The notes under the pieces: generated by a model
The model's input: the letters and a program-made list of their open reading frames with translations, nothing else
What the model was told of the DNA's origin: nothing
Databases searched by the model: none
Program-made: the position numbers and the translations under genes
In this document: piece by piece, positions 1-9,071 of the stretch
How positions within the stretch are numbered: the stretch's first letter is position 1
Layout of the letters: each line of letters opens with the position of its first letter
Assembly (NCBI GenBank): GCA_964558645.1
Contig: CAZLEV010000001.1
Coordinates: 381,568-445,567 of the forward strand
Length of the DNA: 64,000 nucleotides
Source: an uncultured archaeon
GTDB taxonomy: Archaea > Asgardarchaeota > Thorarchaeia > Thorarchaeales > Thorarchaeaceae
Direction: 5' to 3'

Positions 1-905
1 GGCGTTCGGATACCGGCAACCACATCCTCTCCTTGCGCGTTGAACAGGCACTCTCCGTAGTATATGTTCTCTCCCGTTGCCGGATTTCTTGTGAAGGCGA
101 CACCCGTTGCCGAGTTCTCTCCCATGTTACCGAATACCATTGTCTGGACCGTGCATCCAGTTCCCCACTCATCTGGGATGTTCTCTATGCGACGATAAGA
201 CACCGCACGCGCCCCGTTCCAGCTCTTGAAGACCGCAGTGATCGCACCCCAGAGTTGTTCATGAGGATCGTCAGGAAATTCCTTTCCAAGAACGTCTTTG
301 ACACGTTGCTTGAACTCCACGATTAGTTCCTTTAGCATGTCAGTGGTGAGCTCGGTATCTAGCGTGATTCCCGCCTCTTCCTTCTTCTTGTTCATGAGCC
401 ACTCGAGCTGGTTTCTAATGCCTTCTCCTTCCTCTGGACGTATTCCTTCCGCCTTTTCCATCACTACGTCTGCGTACATCATTATCAGGCGTCTGTATGT
501 ATCATAGGCAAACTTCTCATTGTTGGTTCGTTCTATCAGGCCTTTGATGGTTTCTGATGTGAGCCCAATATTCAGGACCGTGTCCATCATTCCTGGCATT
601 GATACTCTTGCACCTGACCGACAGGACACGAGCAGAGGGTTCTTGTCATCGCCGAATGTTTCCCCCATGATGCCTTCGACCCACTTGAGTGCGTCTTCTA
701 CCTGCTTCTGAACATTCTCGGGAATCTCGTCTGTCTTCATGTAGTCCACACAGACGTTAGTAGAAATCGTGAATCCCGGTGGCACTGGAAGGCCCAGAAG
801 CGTTGCACTGGCAAGGGACGCTCCTTTTCCTCCTAGTGTATTCTTCATGGTTCCATCGCCATCAGCGTGGCCATCGCCAAATCTGTAAACTTCTCTATCA
901 CTCAT
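1..905 (-). CDS. ppdK: Pyruvate, phosphate dikinase (5' part; runs off the left edge)
   Basis: Not in the ORF track (no stop in window). Reverse translation from ATG at 905 gives MSDREVYRFGDGHADGDGTMKNTLGGKGASLA...GLPVPPGFTIST and later LLVSCRSGARVSMPGMMDTVLNIG, both PPDK hallmark motifs. Confidence 0.96.
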   Translation of the reverse strand, partial: MSDREVYRFGDGHADGDGTMKNTLGGKGASLASATLLGLPVPPGFTISTNVCVDYMKTDEIPENVQKQVEDALKWVEGIMGETFGDDKNPLLVSCRSGARVSMPGMMDTVLNIGLTSETIKGLIERTNNEKFAYDTYRRLIMMYADVVMEKAEGIRPEEGEGIRNQLEWLMNKKKEEAGITLDTELTTDMLKELIVEFKQRVKDVLGKEFPDDPHEQLWGAITAVFKSWNGARAVSYRRIENIPDEWGTGCTVQTMVFGNMGENSATGVAFTRNPATGENIYYGECLFNAQGEDVVAGIRT

Positions 906-1048
906 CTAATCACAGCCTATTGCTAGCCAGATTCGATTCTCGTAGCGGGTGTCCGTACATTCGGAACTTACCTGCACGGCGAAACTGCATTGGGTGTGCC
1001 GTTGGAGTACTATCTCTCAACCTATTGTAGTCAATCTGGCCCGAGCAA

Positions 1049-1058
1049 TTTTATATAT
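1049..1058 (-). promoter_or_regulatory. Candidate archaeal TATA box for ppdK
   Basis: ATATATAAAA on the minus strand, about 145 nt upstream of the ppdK ATG. Confidence 0.4.
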
Positions 1059-1082
1059 CCAACTGAAGGGGAACTTCCTCTA

Positions 1083-1847
1083 TTAATATGCGGTCTTCAG
1101 GAATTTTGTGATGTGAGGAAGCACCAGTTCGCTACGGTATGCGGCATCCACATGATTGAGCTCTGGGATGGAAACAAAGGTAACGTTAGGCATTTCCTTA
1201 GCGCCTTTAAGTGCCCCGGGATAAGATGGGTCCTCCTCACCCACGAATATCATACATGGCATGGTTATAGTTGGAAGAACATCCTCAAAACCGATTCTCC
1301 AGTCCCTCGATGAAACCAAGGCAATCAAGGCCGCGAGGTCATTAGATCTGAACTGGGACTTTAATCCGGGTGTCATCCATTTCCCAAATATCTTGTCTGT
1401 CATAGCAAGTGTGGCTTCCATGCCCTTCTCGTAGACTTCACGAAAGAAGTTCGGCTTGTCTGGGTCACCTTCATGCGGATCCACTCCGCCAATAATGATG
1501 GAACTAAGGCGCTTAGGAGCGTGCTTAGCTATGCCAAATCCTATCCATCCCCCCATCGAATATCCTAGAAAATGGGCTTGTTGCATTTCAACGGCATCCA
1601 GAACAGCAACAACATCAGCGGATAATAGATCCAATGTATAGGATTCTGGACTATGAGGCTTGTCGCTGGCACCGTGCCCCCTGGCATCCACCAAAATGAG
1701 CTGGTGATTCCTTTTCAGTTCGACAACATAGCCAGCATCATGCCAAAACCGCAGGCTACCTCCCAAACCATGCAGAAGAATGAGTGGCGGGCCTTCGCCT
1801 TCGATTTCGTAATGAATACGAACTTCTTCATTATTTGCATAAGGCAT
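1083..1847 (-). CDS. Alpha/beta-fold hydrolase
   Basis: LLHG oxyanion motif, DARGHG, nucleophile elbow GYSMGG, GEED acid and C-terminal LNH catalytic His. Confidence 0.93.
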   Translation of the reverse strand: MPYANNEEVRIHYEIEGEGPPLILLHGLGGSLRFWHDAGYVVELKRNHQLILVDARGHGASDKPHSPESYTLDLLSADVVAVLDAVEMQQAHFLGYSMGGWIGFGIAKHAPKRLSSIIIGGVDPHEGDPDKPNFFREVYEKGMEATLAMTDKIFGKWMTPGLKSQFRSNDLAALIALVSSRDWRIGFEDVLPTITMPCMIFVGEEDPSYPGALKGAKEMPNVTFVSIPELNHVDAAYRSELVLPHITKFLKTAY

Positions 1848-2126
1848 GCTTCAGTTCACCGTTTAGATTGTTTTAGTTCGAAATCATTTGACTGAAATTT
1901 CAGAAGAGTTTTTCCTTTTCTATTTATGTAAGAGAGGAATGGATGCCGAAGATGCTATATTGAAAAACAAGATGCTACGCTAATATATGGAAGACCTATC
2001 GAGACTCTGCTTAGGACGGCTGTCCAGACATTGGTTCTGGTGTTCCGCCATCTATTCTCGAATCGAGCCATAATGGAATCCTTTTTCTTGCTGACCTTTA
2101 TGTCAGGACTATAAGTCCAGAGAGGA

Positions 2127-3599
2127 ATGACAATGATTGACCTTACAGTTCACCCTGAGCAGCTCGAGAGGACCATTGAGCGATGCCGAGAGCGGAGCAT
2201 CGTGGTCCCCACCTTCGAACAGATGAAACACCCGGAGAAGACTCCTGACCAGATCAAAGAGGAGCTCAAGGATATCGGTCTCTGGGACATCGTTCCCCAG
2301 AATCTGTTCCGCATCACCTGGAAGAACGAACCAGTAGAAGAAGGTGGTCTCTTCAGGGATGTCGCGAACTACATGGAGATCCCCTCCGAGCTTACGGGAG
2401 TGGATGCACGGATCATTGCCCTGGTTGGCAAATGGTTCCCCACAGGTGCTCACAAGGTGGGTGCCACTTTTGGTTGTCTAGTCCCTCCTCTTGTTACGGG
2501 GCAGTTCGACCCAACCAGGCACAAGGCGGTCTGGCCGTCAACCGGGAATTACTGTCGGGGTGGTGCCTATGACGCCACCCTGTTGGCCTGTGAGAGCATC
2601 GCCGTCCTCCCGGAGGAGATGTCGCAGGAGCGGTTTGACTGGCTCAAGAAGGTGGCTGGTGAGATCATTGCCACACCGGGTTCTGAGAGCAATGTTAAGG
2701 AGATCTATGACAAGGTGTGGGAGCTCCGTCGTACCCGAGAGGACATTTTTGTGTTCAACCAGTTCAGCGAGTTCGGCAATTATCTCTGGCACTATGATGT
2801 GACCGGCCACGCAATGGAGGAGGTGCTTGAGCGGGAGCTGGGTAACGATAGATACCACGGTCTCTGTCTGACCACGGGGTCTGCTGGAACGCTGGGCTGC
2901 GGCGACTACATGAAGCAGGCCTTTCCGACATCCAAGGTTGCGGCTGGTGAGGCACTGCAGTGTCCGACCCTGCTTCTCAACGGCTACGGTGCCCATCGCA
3001 TCGAGGGTATCGGGGACAAGCATGTGCCTTGGATCCACAACGTCCGGAACACAGACATGGTCATAGCCATCGATGATAATGACACGATGAGTCTCATCCG
3101 TCTGTTCAACGAGCCTGCCGGACGAGATTACTTGGTTGACGAGGTGGGTCTCAGTGAGGAGTTTGTGAATCAGCTGGACCTGCTGGGTATCTCAAGCGTT
3201 GCGAATCTGCTCATGTGCATCAAGTACGCCAAGTACTACGAGCTCACCGAGAACGATGTGATCCTCACGGTGTTCACTGATTCCATGGAGCTCTATCAGT
3301 CTCGGCTGAAACAGGCAAGAGAGCAATACGGCGAGTACATCCGTGACGATGCGGTTCGGGACTACCACCGACACCTTCAGGCCATGAAGACTGACGCGAT
3401 GCAAGAGCTCACGTTCTATGAGCGGAAGCGGATCCATCATCTGAAGTACTTCACGTGGATCGAGCAGCAGCAGTTCCCCTTGGAGGAGCTCAACCGTCAG
3501 TGGTACGAGTACGATGAGTACTGGTCAGATATCCAGAACTCGGTGCCGAAGATTGATGAAAAGATTGAGGAGTTCAATAAGAGTGTGGGATTGGTATGA
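2127..3599 (+). CDS. PLP-dependent fold-type II enzyme (cysteine synthase / TrpB-like beta family)
   Basis: PTGAHK Schiff-base Lys region, PSTGN, TGSAGT phosphate loop and HRIEGIG, as in cysteine synthases. Long N- and C-terminal extensions. Confidence 0.88.
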   Translation: MTMIDLTVHPEQLERTIERCRERSIVVPTFEQMKHPEKTPDQIKEELKDIGLWDIVPQNLFRITWKNEPVEEGGLFRDVANYMEIPSELTGVDARIIALVGKWFPTGAHKVGATFGCLVPPLVTGQFDPTRHKAVWPSTGNYCRGGAYDATLLACESIAVLPEEMSQERFDWLKKVAGEIIATPGSESNVKEIYDKVWELRRTREDIFVFNQFSEFGNYLWHYDVTGHAMEEVLERELGNDRYHGLCLTTGSAGTLGCGDYMKQAFPTSKVAAGEALQCPTLLLNGYGAHRIEGIGDKHVPWIHNVRNTDMVIAIDDNDTMSLIRLFNEPAGRDYLVDEVGLSEEFVNQLDLLGISSVANLLMCIKYAKYYELTENDVILTVFTDSMELYQSRLKQAREQYGEYIRDDAVRDYHRHLQAMKTDAMQELTFYERKRIHHLKYFTWIEQQQFPLEELNRQWYEYDEYWSDIQNSVPKIDEKIEEFNKSVGLV

Positions 3600-3711
3600 T
3601 GCCTGCCTGCGAGTGCTAGAACACCCTTATGGGAGAGGCTCTCAATGATGGTTTCCTCCTGATTGCAAGACGCGGCACTGCCGTCCAAAACACCTGCCGT
3701 TATCCTTGGGA

Positions 3712-5160
3712 TTAAGCTGACTTGGCTCCCGACCGTGCATCTCTTCTCTCGTAATAGTCCCAAGCTCGTGAGAGTGCATGTATGGCTTCTGCCATGCTCC
3801 GGAATACCGGAAGGTTGTGCTTGACGAAGATCTCCCAGGCATCGGCCCGGGACTCGTGGTATGCGAAATCCGGGATTGCGACTAGGACTGGTTTCTTCTG
3901 ATTCCTCATGACATCCGCCCCAGCCTCTGCCATGGCCTCCCAGAATCCATCAATCACGTCAAGAGCTCCCATGATTGTCGCGACTTGGTGGATATTATGC
4001 ACGTCCGCCTCTAGAATGAGGGAGTCAAACCGGGGATCGCTTCCTGCAACCCGCACGACTTCTGACATTGTCTGATCCTGATAGTAGTCTGCCGCCATAT
4101 CTATAGGATTAGTCAGTCCAGTCCCCACATCTTTGATTAATGGATCGAGCTTCTCTATCGTTTCCTTGGATGTGGGAGGCACCTTGAGACCCGCTTCTAT
4201 ACAGAGGTCCGTGTATACTACGCTGGTACCGCCACTTATGGCAACGAGCCCGATTCGTGGACTCTTCGGTATTGGACACTGTGCAAACACTGCCAATGTG
4301 GCTACCAAGTCTTCGATGGTTCCTACTGTGGCGATGTTTGCCTGTCTGAATGCTGCTGACCATATTTGGTTGCTGCCCGCGAGTGCTCCTGTGTGCGATG
4401 AGGCTGCCCGTGAACCCTCAGATGAACGACCTCCTTTCAACGCCACCACCGGTTTCGTGGAAGCCAGCTCGCGAAGGGAGAAGAGCAGGTCCCTTGCTTG
4501 TGGGGAGCCTTCTAGATACATACCAACAACGGAGGTTTCGTCGTCATCAATGAAGTAGTCCACAATCTCCTTTGGCTTTATATCCATCTGATTTCCGAAG
4601 CTGAAGAGCTTGCTGAATCCTATTCCTCCCTCCGCTCCGACGGTGTACGTTGCTATGGCAATGCCGCCCGATTGTGAGAGAAACCCTACATCACCAATCG
4701 AGCGCTTTACGGTGGGCATGAACGCAAATCCGAGCTTGGGGTAACAGAGACCCATACAGTTGGGTCCTAGGACTCTGATTGGTAACGAGTTGACCAGCTG
4801 TGAGAGTTCCTCTTCTCGCTGTCTTCCCTCTTCGGTTCCTAATTCTGAATACCCACTGGTGAACACAGTGAATCCCTTGGCCCCCTTCTCTGTACAGTCA
4901 CGTATTATTTCCGGAACGTAGGGGTAGGGAACGCGCACAATTGCGTAGTCAATTTTCTCAGGAATGTCGTGAACGGTCGGGTATATCGTGTGGCCCAACG
5001 CTTCTCCAGTCCTCTTGGAAACAAGCCAGACCCTCAAATCATGATCCCACTGGAGCATCGAGTGCGCCCAGTAGTAACCCATCTTCATAGAGGCCCCAAC
5101 AATGGCCACTGACTGAATATCAAGCATCTCTCGGATTGAGGGTTTCTTAACAGAACTCAA
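3712..5160 (-). CDS. Acyl-CoA synthetase (NDP-forming), alpha subunit
   Basis: CoA-binding VAIVGAS, GPNCMG, SQSGG, phospho-His motif AASSHTGALAG, NPID. No beta/ATP-grasp domain in this ORF. Confidence 0.9.
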   Translation of the reverse strand: MSSVKKPSIREMLDIQSVAIVGASMKMGYYWAHSMLQWDHDLRVWLVSKRTGEALGHTIYPTVHDIPEKIDYAIVRVPYPYVPEIIRDCTEKGAKGFTVFTSGYSELGTEEGRQREEELSQLVNSLPIRVLGPNCMGLCYPKLGFAFMPTVKRSIGDVGFLSQSGGIAIATYTVGAEGGIGFSKLFSFGNQMDIKPKEIVDYFIDDDETSVVGMYLEGSPQARDLLFSLRELASTKPVVALKGGRSSEGSRAASSHTGALAGSNQIWSAAFRQANIATVGTIEDLVATLAVFAQCPIPKSPRIGLVAISGGTSVVYTDLCIEAGLKVPPTSKETIEKLDPLIKDVGTGLTNPIDMAADYYQDQTMSEVVRVAGSDPRFDSLILEADVHNIHQVATIMGALDVIDGFWEAMAEAGADVMRNQKKPVLVAIPDFAYHESRADAWEIFVKHNLPVFRSMAEAIHALSRAWDYYERRDARSGAKSA

Positions 5161-5428
5161 CAGGTTGGCTCCTAGTATTGTGTGGAGGTTTTCTTGTGTG
5201 ATTTAAGCATAGCGACCTTAGGAGTGTGTATGGCTCTATGAGTCCTGAGTACCTCTTGACAGAACAAAGCAAATGATTGTTAGAACACAACCTTTAACCG
5301 AACAAGGATAGACGAAGCAGTAAGTGCTGAGACGGGCTATCGAAAGCGATTAATACAGCCCAGAATACGAAAGGCCAACTGAAGGGTCTGTCCCATCGAC
5401 TCGGCAAAGACGATAAATACGGAGTAAC

Positions 5429-7252
5429 ATGACAGTGCGAGTATATCTAGATGCAAATTTCTTCATATCAGGATTCAGCGAAAGACCAAAGGATGTCCAT
5501 TTGATTAAGCAGGCGGCTGATCAGCTGGACATGGAGCTGTGGATTAGCAGGCAGGTCTTTCATGAGCTGCGCTGGTATCTTAGGCGAGAGGTTGAAACCA
5601 TTATACAAATCGATGAGACGCTCATGAAAGATATCAAGCGTTTGATTGAGGACATCAAACGTCCCGAGAGCAGTCTCCCACAGCCGAATGATATGTCTCT
5701 CGTGCTCGCGGCCATGAGGGCCAAGAATGCGAAGATTGTGACATCTGATATGAAACTCCTCAACACAATCCAGGATTTGAAGATCGAAGTGGATGGGATT
5801 GTAGGTTCTGCTTTCGTGCTTGAACTCATAGAGTCCTTGGAAGATGACGATTTGAAGAAGAAGTTGGCTTCGATTCGTGAAAGGATCTACGCCGAGGAGG
5901 TCAGATACAGCATATCAAGGAGGGAGGCATATGACCCTGTTACGAGGATCAGAATCATTGAAGAACATGCGCTAAGAGTCATCAAGACAGTGAAGCGTCC
6001 AGTCCACGACTTGGACCGGAAGCTATCAAAGGGTCAACCCCTGTTCGTTCTGGACTTCTTGGAGGATATCAAGGCGGGCATCCCCGACATGTTTGATGAC
6101 TTCAAATTGGGTCGCTATGACACGCTAGCTGACGAGATAGAAGCAGTGCAGAATGAAATAGAGCGTCTGTTGATTGTATCAACTCTTACGCAAGACAGTG
6201 CGACCCATCAGGCACTTATAGAGCATGCCTCCAACCTCACGCTATTCCTCTACTATCTTCAGATGGTCTGTCAGCTGTACCGCGGAACTCGTGAAGGAAT
6301 CGACGAGGCCATTGTGGTCAGTGACGAGGCCTTTAGGTTGCTAATGTTTGCTGCCGTGACCAATGACGAACTCAAAGCACTGGTGTTCTTCGTGCGGATC
6401 ATACTTGGTCTGATTCGTGAAGACTACGAAGAGATAGACTACTACTATTCTCTCTACGACGGAATGCTAGATCGTGCCGGTCTGGATCAGATGAAAGAAA
6501 CATCTGAGGGTCTCTATGTGACCATGCAGATACTGCGCAAGTTCATGGGCGGTTTCTCTCTGAGAAAGACCAAGCTCGATTACCCAGAGGTGACCATTGC
6601 AATGCTGAATGATATTGCGAAATACTTCATCCAGTTCAACCAACACCAGAACGCCTGGCAGCTTTCTGCCAACGCGTACAAAATCGGTGTAGCCTACAAT
6701 ATCGAGGAGGGAGCCAGACAGTCCTTCTTGATGCTCTATAAGGTCTCGTCATCTGCAGACGACAAGTACAACAGCGGTCTTGAGAAGATAGCAGAGAACG
6801 CTCTGAAAATGTTCATCAAGAAACAGTGGAACACAAATCAGGTCACTCCGATTCTGAATCAAGTGCAAGGTAATCCAAATCCTGTTGGTGACATAGGCAC
6901 CGAAGGACCTGTCCCGCTTGAGGAGCTACCAGAGGAATTGCACGGATGGATGGACGTTCTCTCTGTTCAAGCTATTGAGGGACATGAGACCCTCGTGGTA
7001 TTCAATGAGAAGATGAAAGCACGTGTTGGCGTAGATGTTTCAATGCACCCTGAACTCAGGGGGTTGAAGACGGGACACAAGATTGCCCTTGCAAGCGGTG
7101 AGTTTGCTTTGTCGATCGCACCCGATTATGTGGTTTCTAATTACTCAGTAATGCTCCTGGTTACACCAAGTGAGGGTTCGGAGATATCATATGAGGGAGA
7201 ATACGGATTTCGGTATCTCGAGGTCGCAGAGCCAGAAGAGATTGAAAACTGA
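5429..7252 (+). CDS. PIN-domain protein with long helical (TPR-like) region and C-terminal beta-rich domain
   Basis: N-terminal VYLDANFFI...EL...PNDMSLVLAA...IVTSD is the PIN acidic pattern. 607 aa ORF. Confidence 0.75.
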   Translation: MTVRVYLDANFFISGFSERPKDVHLIKQAADQLDMELWISRQVFHELRWYLRREVETIIQIDETLMKDIKRLIEDIKRPESSLPQPNDMSLVLAAMRAKNAKIVTSDMKLLNTIQDLKIEVDGIVGSAFVLELIESLEDDDLKKKLASIRERIYAEEVRYSISRREAYDPVTRIRIIEEHALRVIKTVKRPVHDLDRKLSKGQPLFVLDFLEDIKAGIPDMFDDFKLGRYDTLADEIEAVQNEIERLLIVSTLTQDSATHQALIEHASNLTLFLYYLQMVCQLYRGTREGIDEAIVVSDEAFRLLMFAAVTNDELKALVFFVRIILGLIREDYEEIDYYYSLYDGMLDRAGLDQMKETSEGLYVTMQILRKFMGGFSLRKTKLDYPEVTIAMLNDIAKYFIQFNQHQNAWQLSANAYKIGVAYNIEEGARQSFLMLYKVSSSADDKYNSGLEKIAENALKMFIKKQWNTNQVTPILNQVQGNPNPVGDIGTEGPVPLEELPEELHGWMDVLSVQAIEGHETLVVFNEKMKARVGVDVSMHPELRGLKTGHKIALASGEFALSIAPDYVVSNYSVMLLVTPSEGSEISYEGEYGFRYLEVAEPEEIEN

Positions 7253-7276
7253 TGCTAAGAAGAGGGTGGATACTAG

Positions 7277-7726
7277 GTGGATGCTCTCACATTTGCTCTG
7301 GTCAGTCTTGGTGTAGCTGTTGCATCTCTGTTCAACTACTATCTCAATAGAGCGCACGGTTCGGACCCAGATGATTTCTCGATAGGCCCTCCACAATTGG
7401 GCATAAGATGTGATTGTATCTTCAATATTCTGATCTTGGGCGGAATCGTGGTTGTTGCCCTCGCTGTCTCTTCTTCCATTTTCTCAACACGATCAGAGCT
7501 TTATGTCGTTGGCATCTCTGCCTTTTGTGTGATTACTGCAGCTGGATACCTTGGACGGAGGCGACGATACCAAGAGTGGCAAGAAATGGCCAAAGTCTTC
7601 AAAAGAGCCCTGCCGGACTCGAGTTTCAGCTACTCTTCTGACAGGCAACAGGCAGGTCTCTCGTTCGACGATTATCCCTACGATGATGATGACGAAGACG
7701 AGTCTGACTATTGGTTTGAGGATTAG
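7277..7726 (+). CDS. Small membrane protein (3 TM) with acidic C-terminal tail
   Basis: Three hydrophobic segments, a basic RRRR stop-transfer signal and the tail DDYPYDDDDEDESDYWFED. Starts 25 nt after the PIN gene. Confidence 0.7.
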   Translation: MDALTFALVSLGVAVASLFNYYLNRAHGSDPDDFSIGPPQLGIRCDCIFNILILGGIVVVALAVSSSIFSTRSELYVVGISAFCVITAAGYLGRRRRYQEWQEMAKVFKRALPDSSFSYSSDRQQAGLSFDDYPYDDDDEDESDYWFED

Positions 7727-7731
7727 CTCGT

Positions 7732-8085
7732 TTAGCCCACTTTGTCATTCTTCAGGTTTGGTGTTTTTATGGCAATCACTCGGAGAGGAGTTTCGTCATC
7801 TGCTTGGAACCAGTGTGTTTCACCCCGTTCCACAACAACCACATCTCCTCCTTTGAGCGCGATCCTCTTGCCATCAATGCCTATGATTCCTTGGCCCAAC
7901 GGAATGAAGATCTCTTCAAGATGATTGTGCGCATGTGGTTTGGTCTGCTTACCAGCCTCAATGTCAACGAGTATCACTCCTGCACTTCCAACCGCCTTAC
8001 TGAACAGCAAGTCTGCGACATACGTTGCAGAATATCCCTCTTTCATCACTGGGTCAACATCGTCCGTTCTATAGATTCTCGCCAT
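7732..8085 (-). CDS. Cupin-domain protein
   Basis: PHAHNHLEEIF and GDVVVVERGETHW cupin motifs. Confidence 0.9.
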   Translation of the reverse strand: MARIYRTDDVDPVMKEGYSATYVADLLFSKAVGSAGVILVDIEAGKQTKPHAHNHLEEIFIPLGQGIIGIDGKRIALKGGDVVVVERGETHWFQADDETPLRVIAIKTPNLKNDKVG

Positions 8086-8166
8086 TCTACTATCCCCCAG
8101 AAACCTTCAACTGGGCTTGTGTTCTAGTTCGTTGGTCTTTCTGATTAGAGTCTGATGGTAGCAGTA

Positions 8167-8394
8167 TTATTCATGTTCATCTTCGTCTGTTTCCGGAATG
8201 ATATCCGGAAAGTCATCGTATTTGGTTTCTCTATCGTCTCTGCAACGGAACATGTGTTTGTTGAATCTGATTCTTGACAATGGCAAGTTTTCTCCTTTTG
8301 TGGTATATACAGTGCTCTGACGCAAGTCATAGCTTGGACATGCTATCCACACATGCTGCGTGAATATGCATCCCTTCCCGGTTGAGCCCTGCAC
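8167..8394 (-). CDS. Possible small hypothetical protein
   Basis: 75-aa GTG ORF with an acidic tail that fills the gap upstream of the cupin gene. No recognisable motif. Confidence 0.3.
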   Translation of the reverse strand: MQGSTGKGCIFTQHVWIACPSYDLRQSTVYTTKGENLPLSRIRFNKHMFRCRDDRETKYDDFPDIIPETDEDEHE

Positions 8395-8509
8395 GACCTT
8401 CTTCCCTTATAGTCGTTGTCACTACAAGGTATTTATCATCATTCGAAAAACATGAAGCAGCACCGGATTATGCGGTGAGTTGTCGGTTTTGACTTGGATG
8501 TGACTTGAA

Positions 8510-9013
8510 TTGAAACAAATGATTGCGGTAATCGGCGGGTCCTCGGCTGGAGACAAGGCACTCACATACGCTGAGCAACTTGGAAAGGAGATTGCATCAC
8601 GCGGGGCAGTCTTGGTTTGTGGTGGCCTCGGAGGTGTGATGGAAGCGGCTTGTAAGGGCGCGAAGAGCATGGGCGGCACCACGGTGGGGATTCTGCCCAC
8701 CGATGTACATAGCCATGCGAACCAGTTCGTTGATATTGCAATTCCCACGGGGCTGGGATACGCTCGCAATTTCCTTGTTGCCAAGAGCGGCCATGCAGTG
8801 ATAGCCATTGATGGATCGGCTGGAACCCTGAGTGAGATGGCGATTGCATGGTTCTCCGACCGTCCAGTCGTGGCGCTCGAACCATCAGGAGGATGGGCCG
8901 CTGAATTAGCCGGCAAGAAGATTGATAACCGACGGGATGACAGGGTATACGCGGCTACCACTCCCAAGGACGCAGTCGATTTTGCCTTGGAAGCATTGTC
9001 GCGAGACTCTTGA
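8510..9013 (+). CDS. LOG/SLOG-family protein (TIGR00725-like)
   Basis: IAVIGG, VCGGLGGVMEAACKGA, TVGILP, ARN, GSAGTLSE motifs. Confidence 0.9.
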   Translation: MKQMIAVIGGSSAGDKALTYAEQLGKEIASRGAVLVCGGLGGVMEAACKGAKSMGGTTVGILPTDVHSHANQFVDIAIPTGLGYARNFLVAKSGHAVIAIDGSAGTLSEMAIAWFSDRPVVALEPSGGWAAELAGKKIDNRRDDRVYAATTPKDAVDFALEALSRDS

Positions 9014-9071
9014 TTGGGAAGGAACCATAAGGAACAACGAATACTCACCTTGTGTGAGCGTGTAAGGCTTC

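Noticed and set aside
33-1030. Short plus-strand ORFs (33-326, 298-507, 520-711, 779-1030)
   Set aside because: Antisense shadows of ppdK, which occupies the minus strand from 905 to the edge.
5320-5375. TPP riboswitch (GCTGAGA and TAATAC present)
   Set aside because: Lacks the CCUGAU...GCGnAGG pyrophosphate-binding arm, and the downstream gene is unrelated to thiamine.
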